The notes beneath the pieces were generated by a model. It was not told the origin of the DNA. It searched no databases and was given only the letters and a program-made list of their open reading frames with translations. A stretch of DNA of 64,000 nucleotides from an uncultured Gammaproteobacteria bacterium (GTDB lineage: Bacteria > Patescibacteriota > Patescibacteriia > UBA1558 > GWA2-36-10). The position numbers and the translations under genes were made by a program. This document shows positions 28,162 to 37,265 of this stretch, piece after piece. The stretch spans positions 94,182-158,181 of the forward strand of contig CAZEWH010000002.1 in the NCBI GenBank assembly GCA_964515785.1, in the 5' to 3' direction. Within the stretch, counting starts at the first letter, position 1, and every line of letters begins with the position of its first letter.

Positions 28162-29682
28162 TTATACCATCTCTCCTCCAAAAGTATCCAAAACATCAGA
28201 TACTTCTTTTTCACTCTTGCCTTTAAAGTTTTGATGATTGTCTTTAAAATTTTCGTCAATTTTAAATTCTATCTTAAATTTGTGATGTAATAGTTTTTCA
28301 AAAATTTCTACTAGATGACTTTTAATAGGAGGCTTGTCTAATTGTTCAAGATGAAAATCAAATTCTAAACCAATAATAATTCTGTCGCCATCAACTTCTA
28401 GTGGATGAGAAGTTTTCAAAATCATAGACAGAGAATGATTAAAAGGTTTGGTGTCCTCTACTATTTGAGGCCATTTATTTTTGAGTGTAGCCAAAACTTC
28501 TGTTTTATTTTCTGTATTTTGAGTAAGTGGTGCTGCTGGTGTTTCTGAAATTTTTTCAGTATCTGAAACTGGAGTAATGCTTGGAGATTTTTGTTGTTCT
28601 AATAAATATTCTACACAAGCAAGTTCTAAAGGCAACTGATCTATCATAGATTCTTTGATAGTCAGCTTGTTTAAAATAATATTTAATAATTTTGATAATT
28701 CTTTGAGTGGAAACTCACTAGCATGTTTTTTGATAGAATTTATCAAAGCATCACTAAAATCTAGAGCAAAACTTGGTCCAATTATTTGATACAGCATGAT
28801 TTGTCGCAAATAATCTATCAAATCACTAGTAAAATTTTGTAGATCAATACCTTCGTTTACTAATTTATTTAGTTGATTTAGGGCTGTAGATAGATTATTT
28901 TGTCTTAGAGACTCAACTAGAGCATCTATTTCTTGCCAATTACTACGTGGCAAGACTAGAGAAGCCATTTCTTCTGTCACTTGCCCATGATCAAGTGAGA
29001 TAATCTGACCCAAAAGAGATTCAGCGTCTCTGAGGCAGCCTTCTGAGCGACGAGCAATTTCTGATAAAATATGATCAGGTACAGATGATTTTTCCCATTC
29101 CAATATTTCAGTCAAACGTTTGACTACATCAGCTTGAGGAATTTTTTTGAAATCAAAACGCTGACAACGTGAAATAATTGTTTCTGGAACTTTGTGTATC
29201 TCAGTAGTAGCCAATATAAAAATAACTTGACGAGGCGGTTCTTCTAGAGTTTTGAGAAGTGCATTAAAGGCAGATTTAGATAGCATGTGGACTTCATCTA
29301 TCACAAAGATCTTATAGCCTTTATTATTAAAAGGAGGTACTTGAGCATTGGCAATAATATTTTCCCGGACATTATCTACACCAGTATGAGAAGCAGCATC
29401 TATCTCAATGACATCCATTGTCCGTCCACTAAGTATCAATTCGCAAATTTGGCATTTGTTACAAGGTTCAGATTGCCCTTCTTTTTTATCTAAACAATTT
29501 AAAGAACGGGCAAACAATCTAGCTAGAGTTGTCTTACCCGTACCGCGTGGTCCTACAAATAAATAGGCATGTGATATATTACCGGAGGCGATTTCATTTT
29601 CTAGAGTAACTTTTATCGGTTTTTGGCCGACAACTTCAGCAAAAGTCTTTGGCCGGTATTTACGATAAATGACTTCGGACAT
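28162..29682 (-). CDS. dnaX: DNA polymerase III subunit gamma/tau
   Basis: YRPKTFAEVVGQ...LFVGPRGTGKTTLARLFARSLNC and zinc module C..C..C. Confidence 0.9.
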   Translation of the reverse strand: MSEVIYRKYRPKTFAEVVGQKPIKVTLENEIASGNISHAYLFVGPRGTGKTTLARLFARSLNCLDKKEGQSEPCNKCQICELILSGRTMDVIEIDAASHTGVDNVRENIIANAQVPPFNNKGYKIFVIDEVHMLSKSAFNALLKTLEEPPRQVIFILATTEIHKVPETIISRCQRFDFKKIPQADVVKRLTEILEWEKSSVPDHILSEIARRSEGCLRDAESLLGQIISLDHGQVTEEMASLVLPRSNWQEIDALVESLRQNNLSTALNQLNKLVNEGIDLQNFTSDLIDYLRQIMLYQIIGPSFALDFSDALINSIKKHASEFPLKELSKLLNIILNKLTIKESMIDQLPLELACVEYLLEQQKSPSITPVSDTEKISETPAAPLTQNTENKTEVLATLKNKWPQIVEDTKPFNHSLSMILKTSHPLEVDGDRIIIGLEFDFHLEQLDKPPIKSHLVEIFEKLLHHKFKIEFKIDENFKDNHQNFKGKSEKEVSDVLDTFGGEMV

Positions 29683-29688
29683 TTTATT

Positions 29689-30291
29689 TTATAATTCAAT
29701 TTCTAAATCCTCCTGTTTTGTTTTGTTATTTTCTTTTTTATGTGAATAATTTGCTTTGATAATATTTTCGACAGCTGCCCAAGTACTATCTGCATCTTGA
29801 GGTACTAGAACTACTACTTCATCACCTTCTTCACCTTTGAAATATGTAATACTAGCCAATAGAATTTTGTAAATCTTGTCCCCTACCAAAGCAACAAATT
29901 CTCCAGAAGTACTATCTTTGACTAAATGACCTACTAAACGTTTACGATTGACTGGACTAATTTGCTTGTAAACAAAGTTACCTGTCTTGTCTATAGATAA
30001 TTTAAGAATATCTCCTTCAACTAGTTTTGACTTTGAAGCATAATTAGCTGGAATAGTATATTGCTTGCCGTCAGGTCCAATCATCATCTGTCCGTTGAAA
30101 ACTCCTTCAATGACCATACCTTCTTCATCATCCGATTGAACACCAACTTCCGCTGCTTTCAAACTATAATCTACAGAATCCTTAGTGCTTCGTCCTGATA
30201 ATTCACCTATAGTCTGTTTGGTCTTTTTTAATTCTAATTCTAGGTTATATACCAAAGATTCAAGCTCTTTTATTTTTTTGGCTTTTGACAT
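29689..30291 (-). CDS. Hypothetical protein (coiled-coil N-terminus plus beta domain)
   Basis: 200 aa, immediately downstream of dnaX; no recognisable motif. Confidence 0.35.
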   Translation of the reverse strand: MSKAKKIKELESLVYNLELELKKTKQTIGELSGRSTKDSVDYSLKAAEVGVQSDDEEGMVIEGVFNGQMMIGPDGKQYTIPANYASKSKLVEGDILKLSIDKTGNFVYKQISPVNRKRLVGHLVKDSTSGEFVALVGDKIYKILLASITYFKGEEGDEVVVLVPQDADSTWAAVENIIKANYSHKKENNKTKQEDLEIEL

Positions 30292-30423
30292 CTTTTATTT
30301 TTGTTTATATTTTTTGACACTTATAATTTACCATAATTTAAGCTATTTGTCGAGATTGAAGAATATTTAAAAACTTCATAATAATTATGAAGTTTTCTGG
30401 CTAATCTTAGCAAAAAATATATC

Positions 30424-32880
30424 TTAAACTATTATTCTTTGATCTATTTCATTTTCCACAGTCCTTTTGTCTCGTCCATACTTCATACGAGATAATTCTT
30501 TGATAGCTTGAGCTAGTTCAAAATTACCCTTATCTGGCATGATTGGATTAAAATTAAAAGCAGGTGGATTTTGATTGTCTATTAATAATTTTATATAACA
30601 AGTATATTTTGGCATATTGACCAAATCATATTCAGATACAACTGGAGCCATTTGTTTGGCAATTATTTCAGCATCCTCTACTCCAATACGAGATGAAATG
30701 ATGTTACCAACATTACCAAAGATTGCATCACGGATAGAAGTATCACCATTATTTATAAGTTGACTGATATATTGGTGAGCTAATATCAAGCTCAATCTAT
30801 ATTTACGAGCTTCAGATAAGATAACTGAAATACTATCAGTCATAAAGTTTTGAAACTCATCTATATACATATAAAAATCATTTCGTTCTTGTTCTGCAAT
30901 ATCTACTCGAGACATTGCAGCAAAAAGTAATTTACCTATAACTATCATACCAAGCAAGTTACTATTCATCTCACCGATTTTGCCTTTAGATAAATTAAGC
31001 AAAATAATTTTATTGCTGTCCATTGCTTCTCGAAAATTGAAAGCAGATTTTTGTTGAGCAATAATTGGTCTAATCAAGTCATTGGATATAAAAGGTGTGA
31101 GCTTACTAGTAATATAAGGTACCATGTTAGCAAGAGATGCTTCACCACCAGCTTTTTGTGCTTCTTTTTCCCAAAAATCTTTTACAAAACGATTAGAGAC
31201 CTTAGATAATTTATGTTTACGATAAGTTTCGTCTGCCAAAACTCTAGGGATTTCTAATAGGGTTGCTCCAGATTCTTTATCATCCATGATAAGCATCATG
31301 GCATTGCGCATGTATTGTTCAAACATTGGACCACCAGTAGCCTTGAGATCATAGAGCTTGTCAAAAATATTTATCATTTCATTGATGACAAAAGTTTTCT
31401 GTTCGTCATCGTCATACTCCAACATATTCATACCTAGTGGTCGGTCTGCATCAGCCGGATCAAATATAATGACATCTTCAGCTCGCTCTTTTGGTACATG
31501 AGTCAAAATTGATTCAATCAAATCACCATGTGGATCTACTATACAAACACCTTTTCCATTTTGTATATCTTGGATAGCCAAACTTTGTAAAAAAACTGAT
31601 TTACCAGTACCAGTTTTACCAATAAAATACATATGATGACGGCGATCAGCATCTTTGATACGTACCATGGTCTTTTTACCACGATATATATTTTCACCAA
31701 GAATAACCCCTTCTTGAGGCATATTGGCTGGTGGTGGAGCTTTGACGGATTCTAACCAATCAATATTTGGTGTTTCAGTAGTTGGTAATGGTAAATGTAT
31801 GACAGAAACCATTTCTTCAGCATTTAGAATCATTTTTTGAGCAGGAATAAAATGTCTATAGATAAAATGTTGAACTATAGAATCTGGTTTATTTTGAATA
31901 TTAGCCTTAAAACTATTACCAAATTCATATATATTATATTGACTATAACTGTTTAAAATATCAGATAAAACAATTTGTGAACGATCTGCAGTTTTGGTAG
32001 CAACGATCATGCGGATATTAACATCAAGACCAGATTTAGAAGTTTTTTCTTCCATGCCCTTAGCTTTTTGTTGTTCCATTTCAGAAAGTTGATATTTATC
32101 AGGTGTATTTATTTGTTGAGGATTATTTGTATCTGTTTTACTGGTTTTTACAAAACTAAATAAGAAACCAAAAATTTTTATTATATTAGCAAAAAATCCA
32201 GCACCACCGACTTTTTTGAGAGCATCAGCAAAAGACATGCCTTGGTGCATGTTTTGGGCAATTTTTCGTCCCCGTGCATGCCATTTTCTTGGTGCTGAAC
32301 GAAAAACATATTGAATAGCTGCTGATTCATCTTCTCCTAATTTACTCAAAGAATTGGTAACACCTTCTAAAGGATCTACTTCAAAAGTTTGATAAGTTTT
32401 GATTGGTAAAGAAAAATCATTTGTAAATTTTAGATTTCCTGCCATTATTTGGCTATCTGCTTGAAAAATATTATAATCATCAACGCTTTCAAAATAAATT
32501 TTTGGATAAACTGATTGCAATTGTTGTACAAAAAAATCTTTGTATTTTACAGGAACAGCTGCATAAAAACTAATAAAACCTTGAGTAGAAACTATTTCAA
32601 TAGAAAATAAATCAATCCGTGGTTTAAATAATTTTTTGTCCACTTTGAGCCCAGCTATAGCAGTAAAAAGATTTTCTATTTTGCCTAGAGAATTTTTTAT
32701 ATAGTCTCCAGTTAATTCTTCTTTGTCTTGTTGAGTATATTTAGGAATTTTAATTAATAAAATTTCTAATTTTAAATTTTTATTAGATTTATTTTGTTTT
32801 ATTCTAAGCAAAAACCAACCTAATATTAATAAGGCAAAAAATACAATACTAGCTATAATAATCAGCAAATAATCCTCCAT
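30424..32880 (-). CDS. Fused membrane-domain plus FtsK/HerA/TraG-superfamily ATPase (VirB4/VirD4-like size, 818 aa)
   Basis: N-terminal TM and about 400-aa domain; then MYFIGKTGTGKSVFLQSLAIQDIQNGKGVCIVDPHGDL, Walker B MYIDEFQNF, RKYR and AHQ; paralog of 17587..19080 plus 15806..17581. Confidence 0.7.
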   Translation of the reverse strand: MEDYLLIIIASIVFFALLILGWFLLRIKQNKSNKNLKLEILLIKIPKYTQQDKEELTGDYIKNSLGKIENLFTAIAGLKVDKKLFKPRIDLFSIEIVSTQGFISFYAAVPVKYKDFFVQQLQSVYPKIYFESVDDYNIFQADSQIMAGNLKFTNDFSLPIKTYQTFEVDPLEGVTNSLSKLGEDESAAIQYVFRSAPRKWHARGRKIAQNMHQGMSFADALKKVGGAGFFANIIKIFGFLFSFVKTSKTDTNNPQQINTPDKYQLSEMEQQKAKGMEEKTSKSGLDVNIRMIVATKTADRSQIVLSDILNSYSQYNIYEFGNSFKANIQNKPDSIVQHFIYRHFIPAQKMILNAEEMVSVIHLPLPTTETPNIDWLESVKAPPPANMPQEGVILGENIYRGKKTMVRIKDADRRHHMYFIGKTGTGKSVFLQSLAIQDIQNGKGVCIVDPHGDLIESILTHVPKERAEDVIIFDPADADRPLGMNMLEYDDDEQKTFVINEMINIFDKLYDLKATGGPMFEQYMRNAMMLIMDDKESGATLLEIPRVLADETYRKHKLSKVSNRFVKDFWEKEAQKAGGEASLANMVPYITSKLTPFISNDLIRPIIAQQKSAFNFREAMDSNKIILLNLSKGKIGEMNSNLLGMIVIGKLLFAAMSRVDIAEQERNDFYMYIDEFQNFMTDSISVILSEARKYRLSLILAHQYISQLINNGDTSIRDAIFGNVGNIISSRIGVEDAEIIAKQMAPVVSEYDLVNMPKYTCYIKLLIDNQNPPAFNFNPIMPDKGNFELAQAIKELSRMKYGRDKRTVENEIDQRIIV

Positions 32881-32889
32881 TTTAAATAC

Positions 32890-33363
32890 TTATTTGTTTT
32901 TGTACATATTTATAATATTCTCAGCTTTTATTTTAGCTTCTTGTTCTATATAGTGTTTGTTTACTTGAGGAATAATACGCAACCATTCCAAAATAAGGGA
33001 AGTAATTTTTTGTACTGTTGCTTTACCTTTTTGTAACAATGAAGTGATCTGACGACCAGTCTGTTCACCTTTTGTTTTAAATTTGTGTTGAGTAGCTACA
33101 TCCATACTCAAAAAAGCTTTGTCCATATTATTAGACAAGATCTCTTCTACTTGTTGTAAAATAATCTGAGTATTAGCTACTGGTGCAGTTACTTGATTGG
33201 TATCGTCTGGTAAGTTTACTTCAAGTGGAGTAGTTTCTTGTTCTATGGTAGCTTTAAGTTCTGGAGCTTGTTCTATAGATTGACCAGTATCAGTAACTTG
33301 TTCAGTATTAGGTGTTTGTTCTACAACATTTGGTATTTGTTCTATGTTTGGATTATCTGGCAT
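32890..33363 (-). CDS. Hypothetical protein with acidic T/Q/E-rich N-terminus
   Basis: 157 aa; directly upstream of the fused ATPase gene (same strand). Confidence 0.35.
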   Translation of the reverse strand: MPDNPNIEQIPNVVEQTPNTEQVTDTGQSIEQAPELKATIEQETTPLEVNLPDDTNQVTAPVANTQIILQQVEEILSNNMDKAFLSMDVATQHKFKTKGEQTGRQITSLLQKGKATVQKITSLILEWLRIIPQVNKHYIEQEAKIKAENIINMYKNK

Positions 33364-33370
33364 AAATTTA

Positions 33371-33844
33371 TTATAACAGATTTTGTCTTTTTAAGTAAGA
33401 TTGCACAAAATTAAAAATAATTTCTGTGTCATAAAGATTAGATAAATAATAATTTTTGTTGTTTTCTAAAACCAACATAATGTTATTAGATTTTTTCTTA
33501 ACAGCTTTTATTTTAGATAATCTTATAAAACCAGCTTGCAAATATTGACTACCAGTTTTAGTGATGTTAATAATTCTTTGATTTGTCAATAAATAATAAT
33601 GTTCTTGTTGTATTAGTTCTTTACTTAACAAAAATAACAAAATAATTATTACACCAATCCACAAATAAATACCTTGGCGACCAGCTTGCCACATAGGAAA
33701 AAGTATAAAAAAAGCCATTAATATCAAAAATAAGATAATAAATTTTTTATAGGCCACGGGACGAGCTTGAACAACCTTTTTTAAAACTTCCCCATTTCGT
33801 AAAAATTTGTTAAACTTATTCATAGTATGACTAGAAAAACCCAA
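33371..33844 (-). CDS. Membrane protein with bacterial PH-like (DUF304-type) architecture
   Basis: Two TM helices followed by …YLLTNQRIINITK…; 157 aa. Confidence 0.35.
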   Translation of the reverse strand: MGFSSHTMNKFNKFLRNGEVLKKVVQARPVAYKKFIILFLILMAFFILFPMWQAGRQGIYLWIGVIIILLFLLSKELIQQEHYYLLTNQRIINITKTGSQYLQAGFIRLSKIKAVKKKSNNIMLVLENNKNYYLSNLYDTEIIFNFVQSYLKRQNLL

Positions 33845-33923
33845 AAAAGAATATGGATGGTCTTGGGCATATTTATTATTTTGTCCATGATCTTATGGAC
33901 AGTTGGTATATCTTATTATTAAA

Positions 33924-35690
33924 CTATTTTTTGAGTACGGCTAAATAAGCTTCTTGAGGAATGTCCACTTTGCCAGATTTGGCCATTCTTTTTTTACCCT
34001 TTTTTTGCTTTTCCAAGAGTTTTCGTTTGCGAGTTACATCGCCACCGTATAATTTGGCAGTTACATCTTTACGTAAAGCTGATAATCTTTCAGCTGCTAC
34101 TATTTTACCGCCAATTGCTGCTTGAATTTTCAAAACAAATTGTTGTTGGGGTAAAACTTCCTTGAGTTTTTTGACTATTCGCTTACCTACTTTATGAGCC
34201 TCATCTTTATAGACTAGGGTAGTCAGAGCTTCAACTGGATCTTCAGCAATCAAAATATCCATTTTGACTAGTTCACAAGTTCGATAATCTGCAAAATCAT
34301 AATTTAAAGAAGCATAACCAGATGATAAGCTTTTTATATTGTCATAAAAATCTACTAAAATACTAGATAATGGTATATCATAACGTAAAATAACTCTATT
34401 GGTATCTAAATATTCAGTGTCTTTGGAAATACCTTTTTGTTGGACTATATATTCCATTAGATTACCAACATATTGTTTGGGTGTAACTACTTCTATATGC
34501 ATAAATGGTTCTTCAATGTGACCAATATGACTCGCATCAGGCATTTCAGATGGTGTAGTCAAGGTTATTTCTTCATTATTACTTAAAAATAACTTATAAG
34601 CTACTGTCGGAGTAGTAACAACTAATTGTATATTAAACTCTCTATTTAATCTTTCTTGGAATATTTCAAGATGAAGTAAACCCAAAAAACCACAGCGAAA
34701 ACCAAAGCCTAAAGCTTGTGAATTAATAGGTTCATAAACTAAACTAGAGTCACTAAGTTTTAATTTTAGTATAGCTTCTCTAAGTTTTTGGTAATCATTT
34801 CCTTCTTGTGGAAAAATACCAGCATAAACCATTGGTTTGATAGCTTTATACCCAGCTAAAGCCGGAGTGTCAGCTTTTTGTTTTATAATAGTATCACCTA
34901 CTTGAGCATTTTTAAGATCTTTGACTCCAGTAGTCAAATAACCAATTTCGCCAGATTTCAAAATATCAGTACTAATAGTTTGTGGTTTAAATATTCCAGC
35001 ATCCAAGACTTCTGTATCTTGATTGGTCATGGCAAATTTTATTTTATCACCTTTACAAATTTCACCACCAAACAAACGAACATAGATCACTACACCTCGA
35101 TACTCATCATAAGTAGAATCAAAAATAAGGGCTTGAGTTTCTTCGGTTGTTTTTGTTGGAGCAGGAACTTGTTTGATAATTTTATCTAAGATTTCCTCTA
35201 CTCCTTGACCAGTTTTGGCTGAAGTCATTAATATATCTTCTTGCTTGCAACCAAGTAAATTGACAATTTCCTGACTAACAGTATCTACATCAGAAGCTGG
35301 TAAGTCTATCTTATTTATAACAGGAATTATTTCTAAATTTTGTTCCATAGCTAGGTAAAGATTGGCTAGAGTCTGAGCTTCTATACCTTGGGTAGCATCA
35401 ACTAATAATATAGCTCCTTCGACTGCAGCTAATGAACGAGAAACCTCATAAGTAAAATCAACATGACCTGGAGTGTCAATTAAATTCAAAATATGCCCAC
35501 CATATTCCATACGAGCGGGCTGAAGTTTGATAGTAATACCACGTTCTCTTTCTAAATCCATCTGATCAAGCATTTGATCTTTCATCTTGCGTTTTTCTAC
35601 GGTATTGGTCAATTCTAACATGCGATCGGCCAGAGTAGATTTTCCGTGATCTATATGAGCTATGATACAAAAATTACGTATTTTTTCCAT
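33924..35690 (-). CDS. lepA: Elongation factor 4 (LepA)
   Basis: IRNFCIIAHIDHGKSTLADR and the LepA-specific C-terminal domain; 588 aa. Confidence 0.95.
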   Translation of the reverse strand: MEKIRNFCIIAHIDHGKSTLADRMLELTNTVEKRKMKDQMLDQMDLERERGITIKLQPARMEYGGHILNLIDTPGHVDFTYEVSRSLAAVEGAILLVDATQGIEAQTLANLYLAMEQNLEIIPVINKIDLPASDVDTVSQEIVNLLGCKQEDILMTSAKTGQGVEEILDKIIKQVPAPTKTTEETQALIFDSTYDEYRGVVIYVRLFGGEICKGDKIKFAMTNQDTEVLDAGIFKPQTISTDILKSGEIGYLTTGVKDLKNAQVGDTIIKQKADTPALAGYKAIKPMVYAGIFPQEGNDYQKLREAILKLKLSDSSLVYEPINSQALGFGFRCGFLGLLHLEIFQERLNREFNIQLVVTTPTVAYKLFLSNNEEITLTTPSEMPDASHIGHIEEPFMHIEVVTPKQYVGNLMEYIVQQKGISKDTEYLDTNRVILRYDIPLSSILVDFYDNIKSLSSGYASLNYDFADYRTCELVKMDILIAEDPVEALTTLVYKDEAHKVGKRIVKKLKEVLPQQQFVLKIQAAIGGKIVAAERLSALRKDVTAKLYGGDVTRKRKLLEKQKKGKKRMAKSGKVDIPQEAYLAVLKK

Positions 35691-37263
35691 TTCTAAATAA
35701 TAATATAAATTTCTTTAAAAACTTTCTGACAATATCTATTTCATCAAGTCTAAACACTATACTTAAAATCAGGTAACTAAGCAAGCCTAATACAGCTGAG
35801 CCAACACCTTGTGTAAAAATCCCCCAAAATTTTTGCATATCTACTAGTGGTGCAATAATTTGTAGACTACCATAAGTAACACTACCTGCTACAAAAGAAA
35901 GTAAAGATATTTTTAATAAAGAATTCAAAATTTTTGTATTATCAATAATAGAAATTTTATTTTGCAAAATAATATATAAAATAAACATATTAATAATACT
36001 AGCTATCGAAAATGCTAGGGCTAATCCAATCACGCCAAATATATTTGCTAGAGAAAAAGATAATATAATATTTATAAAAATAGAAACAATCCCGACAGCT
36101 GTTGGTGTTTTGGTATCTTCAAAAGCATAAAAAGCTCTTGCTAAAATAGGTATCAGACCTTGAGCAAATATAGATAAAGCAAAAAATCCCAAAGCTTGAG
36201 CAATATGTAATGTATTGTCCCAAGTCAAAGCTCCGGTTCCCAAAATAACTCTGACAATTTGAGCTCTTAATATTACAATCATAATTGAGATTGGTATCAA
36301 AACATACAAAATCCTTCGGATAGTAATAGAAAAACTTTCTGCAAACAATGATTGTTTATTTTCAGAAATAGCCTGAGTAAAAGTAGGAAAGGCTGCCACA
36401 GCTAAGGAAACAGCAAAAAGACTAATAGGTAAAGATTGCAAATTATTAGCTAGATTAAAAACCGCAATACTACCAGCTGTCAAAGTAGAAGCTACCATAG
36501 TAATAACTACTAGATTTACCTGACCAGCAGCTAAACCAATAGTACGTGGGATCATTAGTTTTAGTATTTTTTTTAGATGTTTATCAAATTTTAAAACAAA
36601 TTTATATCTCCATCCGTATTTTATTATTTCTGGTAACTGAGCTACTAAATGCATACCAGCTCCAAGTAAAACACCCCAAGCCAGACCTATCAAACCTAGA
36701 CGAGGGTAAAAATAAATTATTCCAATAATAATGCCTATATTATACAGACTAGCTGCTAGAGAAAAGCTAAAAAATCTTTTCCAAGAGTTTAAAATACCAC
36801 CCATTACTGTAGATACTACAAAAAACAACACAGCTACTAGCATTACTCTGGTCAGATCTACTACTTGCTCAAGTTGCCAAGCTTGAAAACCAGGGGTAAT
36901 ATAAGGCATTATTTGCGGGGCAAAAATAATAGCTACAATAACCAAAAAGCCAATAAACAACATAAAAGCATTAATCACAGAATTAGCCAAAACATTGCCA
37001 TCTGCTTTGCTTTTGAGCCAAACTTTTTGGAAAACAGGGATAAAAGCTGAAGTAAAGGCCCCTAAAACAAAAGTGTTAAAAATCAAATCAGGCAATCTAA
37101 AAGCTGAGTAGTATATATCAGATAATTCACTAGCACCAAAGTTTCCAGCAATCAAGCGTTCTCTAATTAAACCAAATAATTTTGATAAAAAAGAAAAAAA
37201 GGAAATCAAAAAAGCACCTCCAATAACGGTGTTATTTATTTTGTACCACAATTTATTCCACAT
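35674..37263 (-). CDS. murJ: Lipid II flippase MurJ
   Basis: 14-TM MOP-family pattern; N-terminal …LSKLFGLIRERLIAGNFGAS…. Confidence 0.85.
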   Translation of the reverse strand: MWNKLWYKINNTVIGGAFLISFFSFLSKLFGLIRERLIAGNFGASELSDIYYSAFRLPDLIFNTFVLGAFTSAFIPVFQKVWLKSKADGNVLANSVINAFMLFIGFLVIVAIIFAPQIMPYITPGFQAWQLEQVVDLTRVMLVAVLFFVVSTVMGGILNSWKRFFSFSLAASLYNIGIIIGIIYFYPRLGLIGLAWGVLLGAGMHLVAQLPEIIKYGWRYKFVLKFDKHLKKILKLMIPRTIGLAAGQVNLVVITMVASTLTAGSIAVFNLANNLQSLPISLFAVSLAVAAFPTFTQAISENKQSLFAESFSITIRRILYVLIPISIMIVILRAQIVRVILGTGALTWDNTLHIAQALGFFALSIFAQGLIPILARAFYAFEDTKTPTAVGIVSIFINIILSFSLANIFGVIGLALAFSIASIINMFILYIILQNKISIIDNTKILNSLLKISLLSFVAGSVTYGSLQIIAPLVDMQKFWGIFTQGVGSAVLGLLSYLILSIVFRLDEIDIVRKFLKKFILLFRNGKNT

Positions 37264-37265
37264 GA

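Noticed and set aside
27979-28290. 103-aa + ORF, and the 61-aa - ORF at 28074..28259
   Set aside because: Both overlap the tRNA-Gln gene and its flanks; there are no translation signals.
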